A DNA stretch of 38,086 nucleotides from a virus (Duplodnaviria; Caudoviricetes), in the IMG/VR virus record IMGVR_UViG_3300032373_001184, positions 1 through 38,086 of that record; one strand, 5' to 3'. The position numbers and the translations under genes are program-made. Under the pieces are notes generated by a model. The model was not told the origin of the DNA, did not search any database, and saw only the letters and a list, made by a program, of their open reading frames with translations. Every line of letters starts with the position of its first letter. Positions within the stretch are counted from its first letter, which is position 1. Below are positions 16,297 to 26,223 of this stretch, in pieces.

Positions 16297-18158
16297 TACC
16301 ACAACAATTAGCCATTGTCCAATATGGTATAAACATTTTAAAGCCAAAACCTAAGCTAACAGGCTCAGAGTGGGCGGATGAATATTTTTATTTATCTGCT
16401 GAATCATCATCTGCACCTGGTAAATGGAAAACAAGACCATGGCAAAAGGACTTATTAGATGCAATGACCGACCAAAAAACACCAGTATTCGTTTTTATGA
16501 AGCCTACCCGTGTGGGTTACACAAAGATGATTAATATTGCTGCCGCTTACTTTATTCATCAACGTCCGTCTGTTCAACTTCACTACCAACCAAATGCTGA
16601 TGAGGCTAAAGGTTTTGCGGAAGATGAGTTTGAACCAATGATTAGAGATAACAAAGCTATTTCTGATTTAGTTGAAACTCCAAACATGAGAGGTCGAGTA
16701 AAAAAAGAGAAAACTATTAAGAAATTATATCCAGGAGGATATGCTGAATTTCTAGGTGCGGAATCAGATAGAAATTTTAACAGAAGAACTGCAAGAGTAG
16801 TTTCAGGTGATGAGCTTGACACTTGGAAAAAAGAAGCTGGGAAAGCTGGTGATACAGTCACTACCATGATGAGACGTACTTCTGATTTTTGGGATAGAAA
16901 AAATATATTAGGTGGAAAGCCTGTTGGTGGAGAGTTTACGCCTGAAATAGATGAAAACTCAATGGATGGCATATCAATCGTTGACTATTGGTTCAAACGA
17001 GGTACACAAGAGTATAGACACTTACCATGTCCTAAATGTAATTTTTACCAAAAGTTTGAATTTGAAGATATGCGCTGGAATAAAGACAAAGATGAAAACG
17101 ATAAAACAATTATGCACTACCCTGAAACTGCTTATTTTTGTTGTGCCAAATGTAATTATAAAATTCATGACAAACATAAAAGAGAAATGGATAAAAAAGG
17201 TAAATGGATAGCAGAAAATCCAAAAGCTTTAAAAGAGGGAATTAGATCAGCTCACATATGGGCTTTTTTATCATACTCTCCAAATGTAACATGGGCGGAC
17301 ATAGTAAGAGAATTTCTATCAGCCAAAAATGACAGATTGAAATTAAAAGCTTTTTATAGTGAAGTTCTTGCGCGAACATGGGAGGAGGATTATGAAAAGA
17401 TTAACATTAGTGATCATGAAGCAAGAAAAGAACCTTATACAGCAGAAGTGCCAGAGGGTGTATTAATTCTAACAGCTGGTGCAGATACACAAGATGATCG
17501 CATTGAATGCGAAGTAATAGGCTGGGGGAAAGCTGAGGAAAGTTGGAGCATTTGCTATAAAATATTTCATGGGGATACGTCAAAGCCTGAAGTATGGCAA
17601 AGATTCGATGAATTTTTATTAAAGAGTTTCACACATGAGAGTGGTTCATTAATGAAAATATATTGCACTGGCTTAGATACACAAGGTCACAGAGCAAAAC
17701 AAGCATACGCATTCTGTAAGAGTAGATTCTCGCGCAGAATATTTGCTTTTAAGGGTTCAAAAGTAGTAGATGCTCCAATCGCTCCACGATTAGCCTCACG
17801 AAAGAATAAAGGCAATGTACCTTTGTACCAAATAGGAGTAAATACTGCAAAAAACGTAATACATTCTCACATATTGACTGAAGTTGTAGGAGCTGGGTAC
17901 ATGCACTTTCCAGCAGAGCAAGAGTATTCAGTGGAGTATTTTAAACAATTAACAGCAGAAAAGCGCGGTAAAGATGGACGATGGGGAAAAACAAGAGCAA
18001 GAAATGAGGCATTAGACGTAAGAGTGTATGGGTATTCAGTTTTATTTGTTGCTGGTGTAGATTTAGAACTGTTAGCATTAAGAGGACCACTTTTTATAGT
18101 AGTGGAAGCACCTAAAAAAAAGAAACCAAAACCAACTGATTATTTAGAGGAGTTTTAA
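16287..18158 (+). CDS. terL: Terminase large subunit, lambda GpA family
   Basis: SEWAD, PGKW, KPTRVGYT, GDELD, CPKC..CAKC, GADTQDDR, RNEALD. Confidence 0.95.
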   Translation: MGLVPQQLAIVQYGINILKPKPKLTGSEWADEYFYLSAESSSAPGKWKTRPWQKDLLDAMTDQKTPVFVFMKPTRVGYTKMINIAAAYFIHQRPSVQLHYQPNADEAKGFAEDEFEPMIRDNKAISDLVETPNMRGRVKKEKTIKKLYPGGYAEFLGAESDRNFNRRTARVVSGDELDTWKKEAGKAGDTVTTMMRRTSDFWDRKNILGGKPVGGEFTPEIDENSMDGISIVDYWFKRGTQEYRHLPCPKCNFYQKFEFEDMRWNKDKDENDKTIMHYPETAYFCCAKCNYKIHDKHKREMDKKGKWIAENPKALKEGIRSAHIWAFLSYSPNVTWADIVREFLSAKNDRLKLKAFYSEVLARTWEEDYEKINISDHEARKEPYTAEVPEGVLILTAGADTQDDRIECEVIGWGKAEESWSICYKIFHGDTSKPEVWQRFDEFLLKSFTHESGSLMKIYCTGLDTQGHRAKQAYAFCKSRFSRRIFAFKGSKVVDAPIAPRLASRKNKGNVPLYQIGVNTAKNVIHSHILTEVVGAGYMHFPAEQEYSVEYFKQLTAEKRGKDGRWGKTRARNEALDVRVYGYSVLFVAGVDLELLALRGPLFIVVEAPKKKKPKPTDYLEEF

Positions 18159-18160
18159 AA

Positions 18161-18361
18161 ATGGCACATAAAAGCATTTGGGAAACATCTGTAACGGTAC
18201 ATGCTACTCTAAAAGAGAAAACAAACACAACTTTACTAGAAATAGCAAAAGAGTTTAAAGGCAGACTCAGCAAAGCCAAAATAATAGAACAACTTTTAAA
18301 TGAAAGCCCGACTTTTAAAAATAAAATGGATGAGTTGGAGAAAGAGGATTTTTTTGTTTAA
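18161..18361 (+). CDS. Small RHH-like protein
   Basis: GAGGAG RBS; VHATLKEKTNTTLLEIA...SKAKIIEQLL. Confidence 0.6.
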   Translation: MAHKSIWETSVTVHATLKEKTNTTLLEIAKEFKGRLSKAKIIEQLLNESPTFKNKMDELEKEDFFV

Positions 18362-18364
18362 TAT

Positions 18365-18706
18365 CTAGTCTACAAATGTTTTGATGTTTATTGCTTTTTT
18401 TATACGCTCTAAAAATCTATTATCACTCTCATTTTCTAATATCAAATAAATAGCTGGTTTTTTACCTGTCATTCTTGCATAATACAAAGCCTGACCGATA
18501 CTCTCAGCCCACTTTTCAGCAAAGTCTACCTCTATTGCATATTCATCTGTTAAGCAATCAATTCGTGTCTTATCAGGTAGCACGTACTCAGTAACTCCGC
18601 CCATCATAGAGCAGAATTTGTCTTGATAGTATTTTTCGTAATGAAGGTGCTTGGCTTGAGCTTGCAACGCTGTAAATATTACAAGCAACACAATAGTATT
18701 TTTCAT
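18365..18706 (-). CDS. Secreted protein with PD-(D/E)XK-like nuclease pattern (moron)
   Basis: Signal peptide MKNTIVLLVIFTALQAQA; EYVLPDKTRIDCL...AIEVDF...WAESIGQALYY. Confidence 0.7.
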   Translation of the reverse strand: MKNTIVLLVIFTALQAQAKHLHYEKYYQDKFCSMMGGVTEYVLPDKTRIDCLTDEYAIEVDFAEKWAESIGQALYYARMTGKKPAIYLILENESDNRFLERIKKAINIKTFVD

Positions 18707-19246
18707 TTATAAAGAATTTATATATTCTACAATATCTTTTATTTCTTGCTTACTTAATACATCTTTATAGCTCGGCATAATGCCAGATGGGTAGCCATGC
18801 GCTATATCTTTATTTGGGCTAATCATCGCATCTGCAAGGTACTTGCTACTGTTAGCCCTTAATCCTTTCATTGATGGTCCTACTAATACAGAACCATCTA
18901 CAGAGTGACATCCATTGCAACCATTTTTTTCAAATATAATTTGACCTGAACTAGCCATATTTATTTTTACTGTTTGAATATTTTGTGTTTTTATTCTCTC
19001 TTGTCCGATTTTTAGCATATTTTCATCACGCTCTTTTTTGGCTAATTCCATACCATCTTTCATCGCGCTTTCAATTAAACGCTTGGCAATTTCTTGTTGT
19101 TCCCCTAGAGTGTATTCCTCTAAATCTTTTGTTTTTAGGTTCTTAATATCTTCGATACTCATCTCAGAAACTTCTTTTTTTTCACAACCTGTAAAACTAA
19201 CTACTAACAATAATGCAATCCATAACCTCAATATATTCTTTATCAT
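18707..19246 (-). CDS. Lipoprotein monoheme cytochrome c (moron)
   Basis: Lipobox FTG-C21; CNGCH haem motif; VGPSMKGL; distal Met in GIMPSY; DIVEYINSL terminal helix. Confidence 0.9.
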   Translation of the reverse strand: MIKNILRLWIALLLVVSFTGCEKKEVSEMSIEDIKNLKTKDLEEYTLGEQQEIAKRLIESAMKDGMELAKKERDENMLKIGQERIKTQNIQTVKINMASSGQIIFEKNGCNGCHSVDGSVLVGPSMKGLRANSSKYLADAMISPNKDIAHGYPSGIMPSYKDVLSKQEIKDIVEYINSL

Positions 19247-19334
19247 TTGAACCCCTTTATAAACAATAGGGTTAATTCTATTTAGAATTAAATTAAAAAG
19301 AAATTATATTTTAATTATTTATGTAAGATTTATA

Positions 19335-19505
19335 TTATTTGAGGTTTTTAAGTAACTTTATTGCTTCAACTTTCTTTGAAAGTTCTTCTTTATCCATGTT
19401 TATTAAAAGTTCATAGAGAACTGCTCGGTAGTTATCTGCTTTTTTCCATTCACTAATGGTTGAGCTAGGAATAGTTAATATGTCTTTTAATTCAATATCT
19501 TGCAT
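19335..19505 (-). CDS. Small leaderless HTH regulator (56 aa; not in ORF track)
   Basis: MQDIELKDILTIPSSTISEWKKADNYRAVLYELL...; TATAAT (19516-19511) five nt before ATG. Confidence 0.7.
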   Translation of the reverse strand: MQDIELKDILTIPSSTISEWKKADNYRAVLYELLINMDKEELSKKVEAIKLLKNLK

Positions 19506-19547
19506 GAAAAATTATACCTAAATATTTACGATATATGTATATATTAC

Positions 19548-19577
19548 TTGACATATATTAAAAATATTCGCTACACT
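19548..19577 (+). promoter_or_regulatory. Sigma70 promoter of the second antirepressor-like gene
   Basis: TTGACA-N18-TACACT. Confidence 0.65.
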
Positions 19578-19619
19578 TACATATATTGTAAATATATACA
19601 ATATATTAAGGGACAGAAA

Positions 19620-20342
19620 ATGAGAACAAAATTAATATCAGTTGTGGGAACTGACATTATCACGGCAATGAATGAGCAAGGTGTGGTTTATATAGCGATG
19701 AAACCACTAATTGAGGGAATGGGTTTAGATTGGGGAACTCAAAGCCGAAAACTTGGGAAAGATTCTAGGTATAGTCATATGACAATACCTTATCAGACAC
19801 AAAGTGGAATACAGGAAATGGTTAGTTTAGACGCAGACCATCTCCCAGCATTTCTCTACTCAATCAATCCTAACAAAGTTAGAAAAGATTTGAGAGACAA
19901 GATTATAGCATTTCAAAATGAGACTTTTGCTGTAATTAACTCTTATTGGCGTGGTAAGCAAAAACCAAATTCAGAGCTAGAAGATATAATCATGGCTCAA
20001 AATGCAACTATTGCCAATCAGCAAAGGCAATTAGAATCTAAGAAGATTGAAGATAAGCCAAAAAAACATCCAAAGTCTGGTTTAAATCCAGTAGATCACA
20101 ATACCCTTTTAGAACTTATCTACCAATTCTCTGTACACAAACAAAATTTGAGAACGAGAATTATGGCGGATTTAGATACTGAGGGTAACATTGAAAACTT
20201 TTTAATAGGTGTAGGAAACCGCTACCCTGAGCTAAAAGAGTATATTGATAAACATTCTGAAAGTATGGAGCATTTACAACTACACTTTAATGGAATGACA
20301 CCCAACTGGGATAAAGTCAAAAAAATAGCAGAGGGGCTTTAG
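19620..20342 (+). CDS. P22 Ant N-terminal-domain antirepressor-like protein
   Basis: YIAMKPLIEGMGLDW..Q..KL, FLYSINPNKV; AAGGGA RBS supports ATG 19620. Confidence 0.85.
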   Translation: MRTKLISVVGTDIITAMNEQGVVYIAMKPLIEGMGLDWGTQSRKLGKDSRYSHMTIPYQTQSGIQEMVSLDADHLPAFLYSINPNKVRKDLRDKIIAFQNETFAVINSYWRGKQKPNSELEDIIMAQNATIANQQRQLESKKIEDKPKKHPKSGLNPVDHNTLLELIYQFSVHKQNLRTRIMADLDTEGNIENFLIGVGNRYPELKEYIDKHSESMEHLQLHFNGMTPNWDKVKKIAEGL

Positions 20343-20349
20343 CCTCTCG
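20331..20349. terminator. Hairpin / putative terminator
   Basis: gaggggctttagcctctc followed by an A-run. Confidence 0.4.
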
Positions 20350-20448
20350 TAGACAAAAAAACACTTCATATCATAGTCGACTATAAAACAATTTCTATAA
20401 AAGTCATAATGCCATTTAACGTATATATTTCTTATATAAAGGCGTGTA

Positions 20449-20676
20449 GTGGCACAGACTCTTGGTCAAATACTTGATGAAATAGATGTTTCTCTATCTG
20501 CTGCACGAAAAGCAATCTCATATAAATCTGCTGACAAAGAAGTCCACCGTTCTTATTCACTAATCCTAAAAGAAAAAAATGAAATTCTCACGAAAATAGC
20601 AACACATGGTCGTAATTTTATCGAGGGTCAAACAACAATACCACGAAAGGCTGTAAGTAATGTCTCGTTCTCGTAG
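20449..20676 (+). CDS. Head-tail joining protein (gpW-like)
   Basis: Small gene immediately before the lambda-type portal; helix-SY..D..V.R hairpin-helix pattern. Confidence 0.6.
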   Translation: MAQTLGQILDEIDVSLSAARKAISYKSADKEVHRSYSLILKEKNEILTKIATHGRNFIEGQTTIPRKAVSNVSFS

Positions 20677-22000
20677 TGTACATTCTTTAATCACCAACAA
20701 ACGTGGTTTTTATGAGGGTGGCAAAAAAACACTTGTAAACCGTGATTTTTGGAATGCCAACTCTCCATTTGAGGAAACAGCAAGCGCAGACCGTAGCACA
20801 ATGCGCGCTCGTGCAAGATGGTTACGTGCGAACAACCCAATAATGGCAAATATAGATGATGCTATTGTCAATAACGTAATAGGTCGTGGTATTGAGTTGC
20901 AATCAAAAACAGGCAATAAGAAAATTGATGATGCTATTGAAAAAAGATTTAAACAATGGGCTAAGAATTGTGACATTACAGGAAGATTAAATTTTACAGA
21001 CATCCAAACTCTTGTTTTAGAAAATAGAATGGTAGATGGTGAAATCTTTATATATAAAAAAATAACAGATGAGGGATTAAAACTCCAACTAATAGAAGCA
21101 GATAGCCTTGATGAATCTAAAGGTACAAGTGGACTGACGATTGACGAATTAGGAAGAGTCACAGAGTACAACTTTAAAACAAAAAATAGCAATATCGTAA
21201 TTCCAGCAAACAATATTATAAATTATTTCAAAATAGAGAGACCATCACAATATAGAGGTGTTACTGAATATAAACAAGCCATATTAGATATTAAAAACTT
21301 TTCAGCTTATCAATCAGCAACAGTTAAAAGTGCAAGAGCTAATGCAGAGATTGCTTATGTGGTTGAGTCTGATCGTGATGCGGATGTGTTTAGCGTTCAG
21401 ACTACAACAGACGGAGAAATTCAAGATATTAATGGTTTGATGGTTTATTACCTAAAAGGTGGTGAAAAAATCTCAAAACATACAAATGATGCTGGGAGTG
21501 CTGGTTATGGTGAATTTATTACTCATACAGTACGAACAATCTCGGTTGCAAGAAAAATCTCTTATGAATTAGCTTTTAGAGACTACACAAAAGTTAATTT
21601 TGCATCTTCAAGAGCTTCATTAATTCAGGACAATAAACGCTTTGACAAAGAACAAAAACACATAACTGACTATGTGCTAGACAATATTTTTGCTGAATGG
21701 TTAGAAATAGAAGTTATGCAAGGTACGTTACCAATAAACCCAGCTAAATACGCAAATGATAAATCAAAATTCTACGCTCCTAAATGGAGCTACCCAAAAC
21801 GCGAATGGGTAAACCCTCAGCAAGACATGAAAGCTATTGAAAAAGAGATTGAATTAAATCTTACAAGTATGACAGATTTAGCACATGAAAGAGGTCGTGA
21901 TTTTGAAGAGATTTTAAAAACAAAACAAAAAGAAAAAGAGTTATTACTGAAATACGGACTAACAGAAGAACCAACATTACAGGAGGTTAAGAGTGCCTAA
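20660..22000 (+). CDS. Portal protein, lambda family
   Basis: RARARWL..NNP, DGEIF, LQLIEAD, RPSQYRGV, NFASSRA, WVNP. Confidence 0.92.
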   Translation: MSRSRSVHSLITNKRGFYEGGKKTLVNRDFWNANSPFEETASADRSTMRARARWLRANNPIMANIDDAIVNNVIGRGIELQSKTGNKKIDDAIEKRFKQWAKNCDITGRLNFTDIQTLVLENRMVDGEIFIYKKITDEGLKLQLIEADSLDESKGTSGLTIDELGRVTEYNFKTKNSNIVIPANNIINYFKIERPSQYRGVTEYKQAILDIKNFSAYQSATVKSARANAEIAYVVESDRDADVFSVQTTTDGEIQDINGLMVYYLKGGEKISKHTNDAGSAGYGEFITHTVRTISVARKISYELAFRDYTKVNFASSRASLIQDNKRFDKEQKHITDYVLDNIFAEWLEIEVMQGTLPINPAKYANDKSKFYAPKWSYPKREWVNPQQDMKAIEKEIELNLTSMTDLAHERGRDFEEILKTKQKEKELLLKYGLTEEPTLQEVKSA

Positions 22001-23897
22001 GTTAAAAAAACGCAGCGCATTAGTTGGTACAAGCCAAACAAGAGCTGCAACAGTTTCAACGAAAAAGACAGATACAGAGGCTTTGTCTTTTGTTATTGTC
22101 TCAGATAATAATGAGGGGTTGCGCTTTGATTGGTGGAGTGGTGATACATACATTGAACGCCTTGATATTAACGGTGCAAATATGGACTCACTCAACACCT
22201 TTTTCAAAAACCATAACAGAGATGTAGACGACGCGATAGGTCGGATTGAAAACAAACGAATGGATGGGGCATCTTTGGTTACTGATGTGGTTTTTGATGA
22301 GTCAGGTGCAGATGTAAAGCGTAAATATGAAAATGGAACGCTTACAGATGTATCTATTGGTTACAGAATTAATAAGTACGAAGTTGAGGAACGAAACGGA
22401 GAATCTGACATTGTTACTGTTACAGATTTTGAGATTATTGAACTCTCAGCAGTAGGAATCGGGTTCGATAGTGGGGCAAAACATAAAGGTCGTGAAAGTG
22501 ATCTAAACAATGAGGGAGATGTACAAATGTTAAAAGAGTTACAAGAACGATTAAAAGCACTTGAAGCGATGGCACAACGTGACAAAGACCAAGATGCGGA
22601 ATTGATGAAAGTTCGTGCTGATATTGCAAAAGCGCAAGCGGATGAAATTAAAACACTAAGAGCTGACAAAATAGAGGCTGAAAGAAAGGCTGATGTATTA
22701 AGTGTTGCAAGTGCTTATAAAGCTAGTGATGCATTAAGAGATAAATTCGCAGAAAAAGGCACAGGTGCAGAGTTGATGAAAGCTATTCTCGATGAGAGAA
22801 AAGATGATCAACCATCAATGCCAGCACAGCCAAAAGATGACAGCAAACGTGAATCGATGATGGGTGCAATTCGTGATGCAGTAGCTATAAAAGCTGGTGT
22901 TAAACTAGATAAACCTCATGCAGATGTAAACGAATTTCGCGGTGCTTCATTAATCGATATTGCAAAAAGAGTTACAGGCATAAGCGGTTATGACCGTCAA
23001 GAAATCGCCTCTCGTGCAATGGTGTCTGCTGACTTTCCACTTCTTTTAGTAAGTTCAGGTAATCGTGTACTAGAACAAGCTTATGAAGAACAAAACGGTT
23101 CGTATCAAACATGGGTTAAAGAAGTTGATGTAAATGATTTTAAAAATCAAACAGATATTACACTTGGTGATTCAGGTCGTCTTTCTAAACTTAAAGAAAA
23201 TGGTGAGTTAAAAGAGAAACAACTTGGGGAAGCATCAGAAGATTGGAAATTAGAAAGTTTTGGTGCAGAGTTTACATTAACACGCCAAATGATTATAAAT
23301 GATGATTTATCTGCATTCACAAATATTTTAGGTGAGTTTGGAACGATGGCAAAACGTACTGCAAACGGTATCGTTTACGATTTGCTTCAATCCAAAAATG
23401 ATTATGCATCTTACACAATGAAAGATGGTGTAGCAATTTTTCACGCTGACCATAGCAATTTAGCTGGAATTGGTGCAGCACTTTCTGCGACAACTCTTGA
23501 AGCTGCAAGAACTGCAATGATGCGCCAAAAGTCAAAAGATGGCAAAAACGCACTAAATATTTTACCAATGTTCCTAATTGTAGCAACAGAGCAAGAAATC
23601 ACAGCTCGCACACTTCTATCTTCAATGGCTAGCACAGAAGCAAACACAAACGCTGGTGTAATCAATCCATTTTATAACATGATGACAATTATTGTTGATG
23701 CGGAACTTGCCGCTGGTGCTTGGTATATCGCGGGCGATAGAAGAACAATCAAAGCTGGTTATTTAGCTGGAACAGGTCGCAGACCAATTGTTCAAATGGA
23801 CTCTCAGAGTCTTACTAAGACTATATTCCAAGGTGTATTTGATTTTGGTGTGGTTGCAGAAGATCACAAATCACTTTACAAAAATCCAGGTGCTTAA
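21993..23897 (+). CDS. Prohead protease-major capsid protein fusion
   Basis: N-terminal FKNHNRD/VSIGY/ELSAVGIGFD protease motifs; C-terminal TRQMIINDDL, FHADHSN, DFG capsid motifs. Confidence 0.9.
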   Translation: MPKLKKRSALVGTSQTRAATVSTKKTDTEALSFVIVSDNNEGLRFDWWSGDTYIERLDINGANMDSLNTFFKNHNRDVDDAIGRIENKRMDGASLVTDVVFDESGADVKRKYENGTLTDVSIGYRINKYEVEERNGESDIVTVTDFEIIELSAVGIGFDSGAKHKGRESDLNNEGDVQMLKELQERLKALEAMAQRDKDQDAELMKVRADIAKAQADEIKTLRADKIEAERKADVLSVASAYKASDALRDKFAEKGTGAELMKAILDERKDDQPSMPAQPKDDSKRESMMGAIRDAVAIKAGVKLDKPHADVNEFRGASLIDIAKRVTGISGYDRQEIASRAMVSADFPLLLVSSGNRVLEQAYEEQNGSYQTWVKEVDVNDFKNQTDITLGDSGRLSKLKENGELKEKQLGEASEDWKLESFGAEFTLTRQMIINDDLSAFTNILGEFGTMAKRTANGIVYDLLQSKNDYASYTMKDGVAIFHADHSNLAGIGAALSATTLEAARTAMMRQKSKDGKNALNILPMFLIVATEQEITARTLLSSMASTEANTNAGVINPFYNMMTIIVDAELAAGAWYIAGDRRTIKAGYLAGTGRRPIVQMDSQSLTKTIFQGVFDFGVVAEDHKSLYKNPGA

Positions 23898-23924
23898 TTA
23901 GCATCTTAATATAAGGAAAAAACA

Positions 23925-24257
23925 ATGCCAAAAGAAGCAACAAAAATTCAACAGGGTGCGATGGTAGATTATACCGCTACAGCAACAATTGCAAATGGTG
24001 ATGTAGTTCCATTGGCAGACAGTATCGGTATTGCGCTAGATGATGCGGTGTCAGGTGACGTTATCAGTCTTGAACTTGAGGGTGTCTTTGAAATTACCGC
24101 AACAACATTAGATGCAATCGCATTTGGGGTTGTTCTTTATTTTGATACAACAGCTCGAACAGTTACCACAACAGCAACTGCAAATACATTAGCTGGTCGC
24201 GCAATGAGTGCAAAAGCTGGTGCGACTGCTGGTTCTGTATACGTGAAGATTGGGTAA
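23925..24257 (+). CDS. DUF2190-like capsid decoration/cement protein
   Basis: IQQG.MVDY...NGDVV...GIAL...EGVFEI...VYVKI. Confidence 0.75.
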   Translation: MPKEATKIQQGAMVDYTATATIANGDVVPLADSIGIALDDAVSGDVISLELEGVFEITATTLDAIAFGVVLYFDTTARTVTTTATANTLAGRAMSAKAGATAGSVYVKIG

Positions 24258-24260
24258 CAG

Positions 24261-24533
24261 ATGAAAGTCAAACTACTAGTAGCTACTGACTTTCGAGGAG
24301 CAAGCCATAAAAAAGGGGATGTCTTAGATATTCCTGATGGCTTAGCTAACAAAATGTTTCTAAATTCAAAGGCAGAAAAGTTTTCGGGTGAAGTTAAAGA
24401 GACTCAACCAGGTAAATCGTTAGACAAAATGAATAAAGCAGAGCTTATTGATTATGCAAACAGTATCGGTCTTGAAATCGATGAGGGCTTAAATAAAAAG
24501 CCTCTTTTAGAATTTATCGAGACTAATCTGTAA
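24261..24533 (+). CDS. Head-associated small protein with C-terminal HeH/Rho-N-like motif
   Basis: KKGDVLDIPD; LDKMNKAELIDYA...NKKPLL. Confidence 0.6.
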   Translation: MKVKLLVATDFRGASHKKGDVLDIPDGLANKMFLNSKAEKFSGEVKETQPGKSLDKMNKAELIDYANSIGLEIDEGLNKKPLLEFIETNL

Positions 24534-24814
24534 TGAGCTTTAGAACATCACTATTAATAGACTTGCCAAACATCTATGCAGAACTTGCAGATGCAACAGC
24601 AACATACAACACAGTTGATTTTGATGTTTTCTTTGATGATGATTATGAAATCGACAACATGAGTAGCAAGGTAATAAAAGCAATGACATCTGATGTTAGT
24701 GCAATTGCTGAGGGCGAACAAATGGTTATCGATTCAATCGCCTATGCGGTACTTAACTTTAAAAAAACAAATGACGGGCTTGAAACTATTATCGCTTTAA
24801 ATGAGGTTGTTTAA
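24533..24814 (+). CDS. Head-tail adaptor (gpFII-like)
   Basis: Position; GEQMVIDSIAYAV...DGLETIIAL beta pattern. Confidence 0.6.
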   Translation: MSFRTSLLIDLPNIYAELADATATYNTVDFDVFFDDDYEIDNMSSKVIKAMTSDVSAIAEGEQMVIDSIAYAVLNFKKTNDGLETIIALNEVV

Positions 24815-25110
24815 TGGCTCACTACGCAAGCGAACTTGATGCAGTAGTAGACATTAAAGCAATGTTAGCACCTTTGCCAGTAGTGAAAGCGGAAATAGTA
24901 GAACGTTCATTTGAGGCATTAATCGCCTATAAAGCAAAAATTGCAGTATGGGTCAAAGATGGAAGCGTTACGCCAATACTTCTAAATGGCTTTTTAGCAT
25001 TCGTGCAATCGTCTGATAAAAACTTAGAATTACTTGGTACACGAAAAGATATGCAAGAGCTTGAATTTGAGATTATCTTATTTGAAGCAGATTGTCTATT
25101 ACAAGGATAA
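24814..25110 (+). CDS. Putative tail terminator/neck protein
   Basis: Position only. Confidence 0.45.
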   Translation: MAHYASELDAVVDIKAMLAPLPVVKAEIVERSFEALIAYKAKIAVWVKDGSVTPILLNGFLAFVQSSDKNLELLGTRKDMQELEFEIILFEADCLLQG

Positions 25111-25114
25111 TTGA

Positions 25115-25273
25115 ATGAACAAATATAAAATCGTAAGACTAGGATTTACTTTAAAAATCAAGGGTATGGAAATGCCAACAGTTTTTGAGGCAATAGAAAC
25201 GGAGCAGATAAAAGGGCTTCTAAAAAATGGATATATAAAAAAGGTAATAAAAAATGGCAAAGCAATTAACTAA
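25115..25273 (+). CDS. Small hypothetical protein (52 aa; not in ORF track)
   Basis: AAGGA RBS; MNKYKIVRLGFTLKIKGMEMPTVFEAIETEQIKGLLKNGYIKKV... Confidence 0.6.
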   Translation: MNKYKIVRLGFTLKIKGMEMPTVFEAIETEQIKGLLKNGYIKKVIKNGKAIN

Positions 25274-26156
25274 TAAAAACACGCTTTTAGTTGGTTTAGC
25301 ACTACCAGTTGCAGCGGACGTAATAACAACAGATGAGAAAGTTTTTATAAATCCTCAATCTAAAAACATTGAGTATTCAGACATTGGTAACGGTATGTTA
25401 GGCAATGCAAAAAGTTTAGTCAATGATGATTATGTAACGGCTGATTTTAGCGCAACTGTAAAAGCAAGAGTTGCAACAACAGTAGACACTGCACCTGAAA
25501 TAGGAGATTTACTTAAGATTTGTGGGCTTAGCGAAACAAATACTCTTGGTGTGAATATGACTTACGCACCTACTAGTACGATTTTAAACGGTCAAGCAAA
25601 ATTATATGTAGATGATTATTATCGTTTAGTGACTGGTGTAGCTGGAACTTTTACATTTGGTGGGGCTATTGGAGAGATTGCAAAGTTTAACTTTAACCTA
25701 AAAGGTTTCACAACTTTTAATGAGACTATGGAAGTGAATCCAACCGTTGCGCTAGACACTAACAACAATTTAATTATTAAAAGTGCAACAGTTATTACGG
25801 TTGGTGGCACTGAATTTGATATTGAAAATTTTGAATTTAATATTAATTGTGACATTCAAGAAGTTTATGCACTAAATACAAAAGAGTTCTATATTAGTGA
25901 TTATAAGCCAACTATTAAGATTAAAGCAATCAAGACGAAAGGCAATAGTACACATTGGACTGAATTGGCAAATAACACAAAAAAATCAGTTGTTGTTGTT
26001 CTAACAGATGGTACTAGAACACTTACTTTAACAGCTCCATATTGTCAACCAACTACTACTAATGAATCAGATGAAAACGCAGCAGTAGTTTATGATCGTG
26101 AATGGAATTGTGAGGCAAGTGCTGGTGGAGATAATTTCTCTTTAGTCTATTCATAA
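25254..26156 (+). CDS. Major tail tube protein
   Basis: Position; beta-rich; LLKICGL...YAP, GEIAKFNFNLKG. Confidence 0.75.
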   Translation: MAKQLTNKNTLLVGLALPVAADVITTDEKVFINPQSKNIEYSDIGNGMLGNAKSLVNDDYVTADFSATVKARVATTVDTAPEIGDLLKICGLSETNTLGVNMTYAPTSTILNGQAKLYVDDYYRLVTGVAGTFTFGGAIGEIAKFNFNLKGFTTFNETMEVNPTVALDTNNNLIIKSATVITVGGTEFDIENFEFNINCDIQEVYALNTKEFYISDYKPTIKIKAIKTKGNSTHWTELANNTKKSVVVVLTDGTRTLTLTAPYCQPTTTNESDENAAVVYDREWNCEASAGGDNFSLVYS

Positions 26157-26223
26157 TAGTGGTGGCTTTTAAATTCCTTTTGAGCCACTAATCAAAAGGG
26201 AAACAAAATCAAAAGGAAAGAAG

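Noticed and set aside
19500-19619. 40-aa N-terminal extension of the second antirepressor in the ORF track
   Set aside because: It spans the divergent promoter region; the RBS supports ATG 19620
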